Positions 53,838 through 64,000 of a stretch of 64,000 bases of DNA are shown in pieces. Numbering within the stretch: position 1 is the stretch's first letter; each line of letters starts with the position of its first letter. A program made the translations under genes and the position numbers. Below the pieces are notes generated by a model. The model did not search any database. It saw only the letters and a program-made list of their open reading frames with translations, and was not told the origin of the DNA. Source of the stretch: the human T2T-CHM13v2.0 reference genome, Homo sapiens; NCBI RefSeq assembly GCF_009914755.1, contig NC_060946.1, one strand, 5' to 3'.

Positions 53838-56800
53838 CTAGGATGTGCCTAAATTAACTTTTTGACATAACCCTGTACTGATCATCCAGGTGATGGAGCT
53901 TTTGTCTAGGCTCTGCCTAAGGGGACATTGTGACATATTTCTGCATTGATCACCCAGGTGGCGAACTCTTCTCTCGGATCTGCCTATGGGGGCATTGTGA
54001 GAAATCTCTCCACTGATCACACAGGTGATGTAACTGTTGTGTAACCTCTGCCTACAGGGGAATTGTGAGAGATCTCGTCACTGATTACCCAAGTGATGTA
54101 ACCATTGTCTAGGCTTTGCGTACAGGGGGCTTTGTGACATACCTTTGCACTGATCACCCAGGTGATGTAACACATCTACGTTCGGCCTAAAGGAGCTTTG
54201 TGACATATCTCTGCACTGATCACTTAGGTGATGTAACACTTTTATAATCACTGCCTACAGGGAATTTTGACAAATCTCTGCACTGCTCACCTAGGTGATG
54301 TAACTCTTGTCTACCCTCTGTCCAACGGGGCATTGTGAAATATGTCTGCACTGATCACCCAAGTGATTCAACTCTTGACTAGGAACTGCCTACAGAGGTT
54401 ATTGTGAAATATCTCTGTACTGATAAACTAGGTGGTGTAACCCTTGTCCAAGCTCTGCCTACAGGGTCGTTTCCACATATCCCTGAACTGATGACAAAGG
54501 TGATGTAACACTTGCCTAGGCTTTGCCTACAGGGAACATTGGACATATATCTGCACTGATCACCCAGGTGATGCAACTCTTGCCTAGGCTTTGCCTACAG
54601 GGGACATTGTGACATATCTCTTCAATGATCACTCATGTGATGCATCTCTTGCCTAGGCTTTGCCTACAGGGGACATTGTGACATATCTCTGCACTGATCT
54701 CCCAGGTGCTGTAACTTTAATCTAGGCTCTGGCTACACGGCATTGTGACCTACCTCTGCACTGATCACCCAGGTGATATAACTCTTCTCTAGGATCTGCC
54801 TACAGGGTACTTTGTGACATATCCCTGCACTGATCACCCAGGTGATCTAACTCTGGTCTAAGCTCTGCCTAAAGGGGCATTGTGACAGATCTCTGCACTG
54901 ATCACTCTGGTGATGTAAGTATTGTCTAGGCTCTGCTTCAAGGGGCCTTGTCACATATCTCTGCACTGATCACCCAGGTGATGTAACTCTTGTCTAGGCT
55001 CTGCTTCCAGGGCATATTGTGACATATCTATGCACTGATCACCTTAGTGATGTAACACTTTGGTAGGCTCGGCCTACAGGGGAATCTTGACATACCTCTG
55101 CACTGTGAACCGAGGTGATTTAACTCTTGTCTAGGCTGTGCTCACAGGGGGATTGAGACATTCTCTGCACTGATCCCGAGGTGATACAACTCTTGCCTTG
55201 TCTCTGCCTACTGTGGACATTGTGACATATCTCTGCACTGATCTCCCAGGTGCTGTAACTTTACTCTAGGCTCTGGCTACACGGCATTGTGACACATCAC
55301 TGCACTGATCACCCAGGCGATATAACTCTTCTCTAGGATCTGAACACAGGGTGCTTTGTGACATATCCCTGCAATGATCACCCAGGTGATATACCACTTG
55401 CCAAGGCTCTGCCTACAGGGGCATTGCAATGTATCTCTGCACTGATCACCTAGGTCTTGTAGCTATTTTCTAGGATCTGCCTACAGGGTTCTTTGTGACG
55501 TGTCCCAGCAAGGATTACCCAGGTGATGTACCTCTCATCAAGGCTCTGCCTACAGGCACATTGTGATGTATCTCTGCACTGATCACCTCGGTCATGTAAC
55601 TTTTTTCTAGGCTCTACCTACGATGGCATTGTGACATATCTCTGCACTAATCATCCAAGTGATGTAACTCTTGTCTAGGATGTGCCTAAATTAACTTTTT
55701 GACATAACCCTGTACTGATCATCCAGGTGATGGAGCTTTTGTCTAGGCTCTGCCTAAGGGGACATTGTGACATATTTCTGCATTGATCACCCAGGTGGCG
55801 AACTCTTCTCTCGGATCTGCCTATGGGGGCATTGTGAGAAATCTCTCCACTGATCACCCAGGTGATGGAACTGTTGTGTAACCTCTGCCTACAGGGGAAT
55901 TGTGAGAGATCTCGTCACTCATTACCCAAGTGATGTAACCAATGCCTAGGCTTTGCGTACAGGGGGCTTTGTGACATACCTTTGCACTGATCACCCAGGT
56001 GATGTAACACATCTAAGTTCGGCCTAAAGGAGCTTTGTGACATATCTCTGCACTGATCACTTAGGTGATGTAACACTTTTATAATCACTGCCTACAGGGA
56101 ATTTTGACAAATCTCTGCACTGATCACCTAGGTGATGTAACTCTTGTCTACCCTCTGTCCAACGGGACATTGTGAAATATCTCTGCACTGATCACCCAGG
56201 TGATTCAATTCTTGACTAGGAACTGCCTACAGATGTTATTGTGAATTATCTCTGCACTGATAAACTAGGTGGTGTAACCGTTGTCCAAGCTCTGCCTACA
56301 GGGGCGTTTCCACATATACCTGAACTGATGACAAAGGTGATGTAACTCTTGTCTAGGCTTTGCCTACAGGGAACATTGGACATATATCTGCACTGATCAC
56401 CCAGGTGATGCAACTCTTGCCTAGGCTTTGCCTACAGGGGACATTGTGACATATCTCTTCAATGATCACTCATGTGATGCATCTCTTGCCTAGGCTTTGC
56501 CTACAGGGGACATTGTGTCATATCTCTGCACTGATCTCCCAGGTGCTGTAACTTTAGTCTAGGCTCTGGCTACACGGCATTGTGACCTACCTCTGCACTG
56601 ATCACCCAGGTGATATAACTCTTCTCTAGGATCTGCCTACAGGGTACTTTGTGACATATCCCTGCACTGATCACCCAGGTGATCTAACTCTGGTCTAAGC
56701 TCTGCCTAAAGGGGCATTGTGATAGATCTCTGCACTGATCACTCTGGTGATGTAAGTATTGTCTAGGCTCTGCTTCAAGGGGCCTTGTCACATATCTCTG

Positions 56801-59349
56801 CACTGATCACCCAGGTGATGTAACTCTTGTCTAGGCTCTGCTTCCAGGGCATATTGTGACATATCTATGCACTGATCACCTTAGTGATGTAACACTTTGG
56901 TAGGCTCGGCCTACAGGGGAATCTTGACATATCTCTGCACTGTTAACCGAGGTGATTTAACTCTTGTCTCGGCTGTGCCCACAGGGGGATTGAGACATAT
57001 CTCTGCACTGATCCCGAGGTGATACAACTCTTGCCTTGTCTCTGCCTACTGTGGACATTGTGACATATCTCTGCACTGATCTCCCAGGTGCTGTAACTTT
57101 ACTCTAGGCTCTGGCTACACGGCATTGTGACATATCACTGCACTGATCACCCAGGCGATATAACTCTTCTCTAGGATCTGACCACAGGGTGCTTTGTGAC
57201 ATATCCCTGCAATGATCACCCAGGTGATATACCACTTGCCAAGGCTCTGCCTACAGGGGCATTGCAATGTATCTCTGCACTGATCACCTAGGTCTTGTAG
57301 CTAATTTCTAGGATCTGCCTACAGGGTGCTTTGTGACGTGTCCCAGCAAGGATTACCCAGGTGATGTACCTCTCATCAAGGCTCTGCCTACAGGCACATT
57401 GTGATGTATCTCTGCACTGATCACCTCGGTCATGTAACTTTTTTCTAGGCTCTACCTACGATGGCATTGTGACATATCTCTGCACTAATCATCCAAGTGA
57501 TGTAACTCTTGTCTAGGATGTGCCTAAATTAACTTTTTGACATAACCCTGTACTGATCATCCAGGTGATGGAGCTTTTGTCTAGGCTCTGCCTAAGGGGA
57601 CATTGTGACATATTTCTGCATTGATCACCCAGGTGGCGAACTCTTCTCTCGGATCTGCCTATGGGGGCATTGTGAGAAATCTCTCCACTGATCACCCAGG
57701 TGATGGAACTGTTGTGTAACCTCTGCCTACAGGGGAATTGTGAGAGATCTCGTCACTGATTACCCAAGTGATGTAACCATTGTCTAGGCTTTGCGTACAG
57801 GGGGCTTTGTGACATACCTTTGCACTGATCATCCAGGTGATGTAACACATCTAAGTTCGGCCTAAAGGAGCTTTGTGACATATCTCTGCACTGATCACTT
57901 AGGTGATGTAACACTTTTATAATCACTGCCTACAGGGAATTTTGACAAATCTCTGCACTGCTCACCTAGGTGATGTAACTCTTGTCTACCCTCTGTCCAA
58001 CGGGGCATTGTGAAATATCTCTGCACTGATCACCCAGATGATTCAACTCTTGACTAGGAACTGCCTACAGAGTTTATTGTGAAATATCTCTGTACTGATA
58101 AACTAGGTGGTGTAACCCTTGTCCAAGCTCTGCCTACAGGGTCGTTTCCACATATCCCTGAACTGATGACAATGGTGATGTAACTCTTGCCTAGGCTTTG
58201 CCTACAGGGAACATTGGACATATATCTGCACTGATCACCCAGGTGATGCAACTCTTGCCTAGGCTTTGCCTACAGGGGACATTGTGACATATCTCTTCAA
58301 TGATCACTCATGTGATGCATCTCTTGCCTAGGCTTTGCCTACAGGGGACATTGTGACATATCTCTGCACTGATCTCCCAGGTGCTGTAACTTTAGTCTAG
58401 GCTCTGGCTACACGGCATTGTGACCTACCTGTGCACTGATCACCCAGGTGATATAACTCTTCTCTAGGATCTGCCTACAGGGTACTTTGTGACATATCCC
58501 TGCACTGATCACCCAGGTGATCTAACTCTGGTCTAAGCTCTGCCTAAAGGGGCATTGTGACAGATCTCTGCACTGATCACTCTGGTGATGTAAGTATTGT
58601 CTAGGCTCTGCTTCAAGGGGCCTTGTCACATATCTCTGCACTGATCACCCAGGTGATGTAACTCTTGTCTAGGCTCTGCTTCCAGGGCATATTGTGACAT
58701 ATCTATGCACTGATCACCTTAGTGATGTAACACTTTGGTAGGCTCGGCCTACAGGGGAATCTTGACATATCTCTGCACTGTTAACCGAGGTGATTTAACT
58801 CTTGTCTAGGCTGTGCCCCCAGGGGGATTGAGACATTCTCTGCACTGATCCCGAGGTGATACAACTCTTGCCTTGTCTCTGCCTACTGTGGACATTGTGA
58901 CATATCTCTGCACTGATCTCCCAGGTGCTGTAACTTTACTCTAGGCTCTGGCTACACGGCATTGTGACACATCACTGCACTGATCACCCAGGCGATATAA
59001 CTCTTCTCTAGGATCTGAACACAGGGTGCTTTGTGACATATCCCTGCAATGATCACCCAGGTGATATACCACTTGCCAAGGCTCTGCCTACAGGGGCATT
59101 GCAATGTATCTCTGCACTGATCACCTAGGTCTTGTAGCTATTTTCTAGGATCTGCCTACAGGGTGCTTTGTGACGTGTCCCAGCAAGGATTACCCAGGTG
59201 ATGTACCTCTCATCAAGGCTCTGCCTACAGGCACATTGTGATGTATCTCTGCACTGATCACCTCGGTCATGTAACTTTTTTCTAGGCTCTACCTACGATG
59301 GCATTGTGACATATCTCTGCACTAATCATCCAAGTGATGTAACTCTTGT

Positions 59350-60913
59350 CTAGGATGTGCCTAAATTAACTTTTTGACATAACCCTGTACTGATCATCCA
59401 GGTGATGGAGCTTTTGTCTAGGCTCTGCCTAAGGGGGCATTGTGACATATTTCTGCATTGATCACCCAGGTGGCGAACTCTTCTCTCGGATCTGCCTATG
59501 GGGGCATTGTGAGAAATCTCTGCACTGATCACCCAGGTGATGTAACTGTTGTGTAACCTCTGCCTACAGGGGAATTGTGAGAGATCTCGTCACTGATTAC
59601 CCAAGTGATGTAACCAATGTCTAGGCTTTGCGTACAGGGGGCTTTGTTACATACCTTTGCACTGATCACCCAGGTGATGTAACACATCTAAGTTCGGCCT
59701 TAAGGAGCTTTGTGACATATCTCTGCACTGATCACTTAGGTGATGTAACACTTTTATAATCACTGCCTACAGGGAATTTTGACAAATCTCTGCACTGATC
59801 ACCTAGGTGATGTAACTCTTGTCTACCCTCTGTCCAACTGGGCATTGTGAAATATCTCTGCACTGATCACCCAGGTGATTCAACTCTTGACTAGGAACTG
59901 CCTAGAGAGGTTATTGTGAAATATCTCTGCACTGATAAACTAGGGGGTGTAACACTTGTCCAAGCTCTGCCTACAGGGTCGTTTCCACATATCCCTGAAC
60001 TGATGACAAAGGTGATGTAACTCTTGCCTAGGCTTTTCTTACAGGGAACATTGGACATATATCTGCACTGATCACCCAGGTGATCTTACTCTGGTCTAAG
60101 CTCTGCCTAAAGGGGCATTGTGACAGATCTCTGCACTGATCACTCTGGTGATGTAAGTATTGTCTAGGCTCTGCTTCAAGGGGCCTGGTCACATATCTAT
60201 GCACTGATCACCCAGGTGACTTAACTCTTGTCTAGGCTCTGCTTCCAGGGCATATTGTGACATATCTATGCACTGATCACCTTAGTGATGTAACACTTTG
60301 GTAGGCTCGGCCTACAGGGGAATCTTGACATATCTCTGCACTGTTAACCGAGGTGATTTAACTCTTGTCTAGGCTGTGCCCACAGGGGGATTGAGACATA
60401 TCTCTGCACTGATCCCGAGGTGATACAACTCTTGCCTGGTCTCTGCCTACTGTGGACATTGTGACATATCTCTGCACTGATCTCCCAGGTGCTGAAACTT
60501 TAGTCTAGGCTCTGACTACACGGCATTGTGACATATCACTTCACTGAACACCCAGGCGATATAACTCTTCTCTAGGATCTGACCACAGGGTGCTTTGTGA
60601 CATATCCCTGCAATGATCACCCAGGTGATATACCACTTGCCAAGGCTCTGCCTACAGGGGCATTGCAATGTATCTCTGCACTGATCACCTAGGTCTTGTA
60701 GCTATTTTCTAGGATCTGCCTACAGGGTTCTTTGTGACGTGTCCCAGCAAGGATTACCCAGGTGATGTACCTCTCATCAAGGCTCTGCCTACAGGCACAT
60801 TGTGATGTATCTCTGCACTGATCACCTCGGTCATGTAACTTTTTTCTAGGCTCTACCTACGATGGCATTGTGACATATCTATGCACTAATCATCCAAGTG
60901 ATGTAACTCTTGT
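59350..60913. repeat. 23-mer deletion HOR variant (subtype E, slightly diverged)
   Basis: 1564-bp spacing; junction at about 60063; shares cctagagagg and ggcttttcttacag but has its own changes (gggcctggtc, ggtgacttaac). Confidence 0.9.
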
Positions 60914-63900
60914 CTAGGATGTGCCTAAATTAAATTTTTGACATAACCCTGTACTGATCATCCAGGTGATGGAGCTTTTGTCTAGGCTCTGCCTAAGGGG
61001 GCATTGTGACATATTTCTGCATTGATCACCCAGGTGGCGAACTCTTCTCTCGGATCTGCCTATGGGGGCATTGTGAGAAATCTCTGCACTGATCACCCAG
61101 GTGATGTAACTGTTGTGTAACCTCTGCCTACAGGGGAATTGTGAGAGATCTCGTCACTCATTACCCAAGTGATGTAACCATTGCCTAGGCTTTGCGTACA
61201 GGGGGCTTTGTGACATACCTTTGCACTGATCACCCAGGTGATGTAACACATCTAAGTTCGGCCTAAAGGAGCTTTGTGACATATCTCTGCACTGATCACT
61301 TAGGTGATGTAACACTTTTATAATCACTGCCTACAGGGAATTTTGACAAATCTCTGCACTGATCACCTCGGTTATGTAACTCTTGTCTACCCTCTGTCCA
61401 ACGGGGCATTGTGAAATATCTCTGCACTGATCACCCAGATGATTCAACTCTTGACTAGGAACTGCCTACAGAGTTTATTGTGAAATATCTCTGTACTGAT
61501 AAACTAGGTGGTGTAACCCTTGTCCAAGCTCTGCCTACAGGGTCGTTTCCACATATCCCTGAACTGATGACAATGGTGATGTAACTCTTGCCTAGGCTTT
61601 GCCTACAGGGAACATTGGACATATATCTGCACTGATCACCCAGGTGATGCAACTCTTGCCTAGGCTTTGCCTACAGGGGACATTGTGACATATCTCTTCA
61701 ATGATCACTCATGTGATGCATCTCTTGCCTAGGCTTTGCCTACAGGGGACATTGTGACATATCTCTGCACTGATCTCCCAGGTGCTGTAACTTTAGTCTA
61801 GGCTCTGGCTACACGGCATTGTGACCTACCTCTGCACTGATCACCCAGGTGATATAACTCTTCTCTAGGATCTGCCTACAGGGTACTTTGTGACATATCC
61901 CTGCACTGATCACCCAGGTGATCTAACTCTGGTCTAAGCTCTGCCTAAAGGGGCATTGTGACAGATCTCTGCACTGATCACTCTGGTGATGTAAGTATTG
62001 TCTAGGCTCTGCTTCAAGGGGCCTTGTCACATATCTCTGCACTGATCACCCAGGTGATGTAACTCTTGTCTAGGCTCTGCTTCCAGGGCATATTGTGACA
62101 TATCTATGCACTGATCACCTTAGTGATGTAACACTTTGGTAGGCTCGGCCTACAGGGGAATCTTGACATATCTCTGCACTGTTAACCGAGGTGATTTAAC
62201 TCTTGTCTAGGCTGTGCCCCCAGGGGGATTGAGACATTCTCTGCACTGATCCCGAGGTGATACAACTCTTGCCTTGTCTCTGCCTACTGTGGACATTGTG
62301 ACATATCTCTGCACTGATCTCCCAGGTGCTGTAACTTTACTCTAGGCTCTGGCTACACGGCATTGTGACACATCACTGCACTGATCACCCAGGCGATATA
62401 ACTCTTCTCTAGGATCTGAACACAGGGTGCTTTGTGACATATCCCTGCAATGATCACCCAGGTGATATACCACTTGCCAAGGCTCTGCCTACAGGGGCAT
62501 TGCAATGTATCTCTGCACTGATCACCTAGGTCTTGTAGCTATTTTCTAGGATCTGCCTACAGGGTTCTTTGTGACGTGTCCCAGCAAGGATTACCCAGGT
62601 GATGTACCTCTCATCAAGGCTCTGCCTACAGGCACATTGTGATGTATCTCTGCACTGATCACCTCGGTCATGTAACTTTTTTCTAGGCTCTACCTACGAT
62701 GGCATTGTGACATATCTATGCACTAATCATCCAAGTGATGTAACTCTTGTCTAGGATGTGCCTAAATTAACTTTTTGACATAACCCTGTACTGATCATCC
62801 AGGTGATGGAGCTTTTGTCTAGGCTCTGCCTAAGGGGGCATTGTGACATATTTCTGCATTGATCACCCAGGTGGCGAACTCTTCTCTCGGATCTGCCTAT
62901 GGGGGCATTGTGAGAAATCTCTGCACTGATCACCCAGGTGATGTAACTGTTGTGTAACCTCTGCCTACAGGGGAATTGTGAGAGATCTCGTCACTCATTA
63001 CCCAAGTGATGTAACCATTGCCTAGGCTTTGCGTACAGGGGGCTTTGTGACATACCTTTGCACTGATCACCCAGGTGATGTAACACATCTAAGTTCGGCC
63101 TAAAGGAGCTTTGTGACATATCTCTGCACTGATCACTTAGGTGATGTAACACTTTTATAATCACTGCCTACAGGGAATTTTGACAAATCTCTGCACTGAT
63201 CACCTCGGTTATGTAACTCTTGTCTACCCTCTGTCCAACGGGGCATTGTGAAATATCTCTGCACTGATCACCCAGATGATTCAACTCTTGACTAGGAACT
63301 GCCTACAGAGTTTATTGTGAAATATCTCTGTACTGATAAACTAGGTGGTGTAACCCTTGTCCAAGCTCTGCCTACAGGGGCGTTTCCACATATCCCTGAA
63401 CTGATGACAATGGTGATGTAACTCTTGCCTAGGCTTTGCCTACAGGGAACATTGGACATATATCTGCACTGATCACCCAGGTGATGCAACTCTTGCCTAG
63501 GCTTTGCCTACAGGGGACATTGTGACATATCTCTTCAATGATCACTCATGTGATGCATCTCTTGCCTAGGCTTTGCCTACAGGGGACATTGTGACATATC
63601 TCTGCACTGATCTCCCAGGTGCTGTAACTTTAGTCTAGGCTCTGGCTACACGGCATTGTGACCTACCTCTGCACTGATCACCCAGGTGATATAACTCTTC
63701 TCTAGGATCTGCCTACAGGGTACTTTGTGACATATCCCTGCACTGATCACCCAGGTGATCTAACTCTGGTCTAAGCTCTGCCTAAAGGGGCATTGTGACA
63801 GATCTCTGCACTGATCACTCTGGTGATGTAAGTATTGTCTAGGCTCTGCTTCAAGGGGCCTTGTCACATATCTCTGCACTGATCACCCAGGTGATGTAAC

Positions 63901-64000
63901 TCTTGTCTAGGCTCTGCTTCCAGGGCATATTGTGACATATCTATGCACTGATCACCTTAGTGATGTAACACTTTGGTAGGCTCGGCCTACAGGGGAATCT

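Larger units (their letters stand above)
1..64000. repeat. Beta satellite (68-bp Sau3A / BSR family) tandem array, about 940 monomers, extending beyond both window edges
   Basis: ~68-bp periodicity throughout, with the conserved core tctgcacTGATCAcccaggtgatgtaactcttgtctaggctctgcctacagggg (Sau3A GATC in most monomers). The reverse complement GATCAGTGCAGAGATATGTCACAATGCCCCTGTAGGCAGAGCCTAGACAAGAGTTACATCACCTGGGT matches the human beta satellite consensus as I recall it. Monomer count is 64000/68. Confidence 0.97.
23966..64000. repeat. HOR domain of 27-monomer (1836-1838 bp) and 23-monomer (1564 bp) units, with no 28-mers
   Basis: Landmark spacings from 23966: 1838, 1564, 1836, 1838, 1838, 1564, 1838, 1838, 1564, 1836, 1838, 1838, 1564, 1838, 1838, 1838, 1564, 1837, 1838, 1837, 1564, 1837. 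Confidence 0.92.

Noticed and set aside
738-63489. Dozens of recurring 60-92 aa minus-strand ORFs (MISAEISH..., MHHLGDQC..., MCYITWVI...)
   Set aside because: They are translations of the 68-bp monomer in rotating frames (HLGDQCR / ITWVISA / SVQRY motifs), barely exceed the length cutoff, mostly rely on non-ATG starts, and appear or vanish with single SNPs. No recognisable domain or gene structure.
1-64000. CRISPR-like appearance (conserved partly palindromic core alternating with variable segments)
   Set aside because: The variable segments are homologous to each other and recur every HOR rather than being unique spacers. There are no cas genes or leader, and the sequence matches primate beta satellite.
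1-64000. Cys/His-rich translations suggesting zinc-finger repeats
   Set aside because: The period is 68 bp (not a multiple of 3, and not the 84-bp C2H2 unit), there is no C-x2-C-x12-H-x3-H pattern or TGEKP linker, and stops are frequent.
1-64000. ORFs occur only on the minus strand
   Set aside because: Explained by monomer composition: the plus strand carries several TGA/TAA/TAG triplets per monomer (ctgatc, gtgatgtaa, ctagg, gtgac). It is not evidence of coding selection.
1-64000. Alpha satellite / functional centromere or D4Z4-DUX4 assignment
   Set aside because: No 171-bp period, no CENP-B boxes recognised, and no GC-rich 3.3-kb D4Z4/LSau or homeobox sequence in the window.
1-64000. Assignment to a specific chromosome or species
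   Set aside because: There is no unique flanking sequence. Acrocentric short arm or another pericentromeric block in human or a great ape is plausible but needs a database search.

Overview
The whole 64 kb window is one uninterrupted, single-orientation array of primate (human-like) beta satellite, the ~68-bp Sau3A/BSR repeat. The + strand consensus is approximately ctgcactgatcacccaggtgatgtaactcttgtctaggctctgcctacaggggcattgtgacatatct. Monomers are visibly diverged from their neighbours but are organised into a highly homogeneous higher-order repeat (HOR). I used a once-per-unit landmark (ctaggatgtgcctaaattaa; 35 copies from 1308 to 62751, positioned from the recurring ORF coordinates). The 34 complete units fall into three length classes: 9 x 28-mer (1904-1906 bp), 19 x 27-mer (1836-1838 bp) and 6 x 23-mer (1564 bp). 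28-mers are confined to the left ~24 kb and 23-mers to the right of ~25.8 kb. Near-identical multi-unit duplications (3743, 12316 and 7078 bp, plus several single-unit ones) are superimposed on this. I find no credible protein-coding gene, RNA gene, transposon insertion or CRISPR array; all listed ORFs are translations of the satellite. I cannot support a novel gene system here. What is of interest is the nested repeat architecture and the recombination history it records. All comparisons were made by eye, so breakpoints are approximate.
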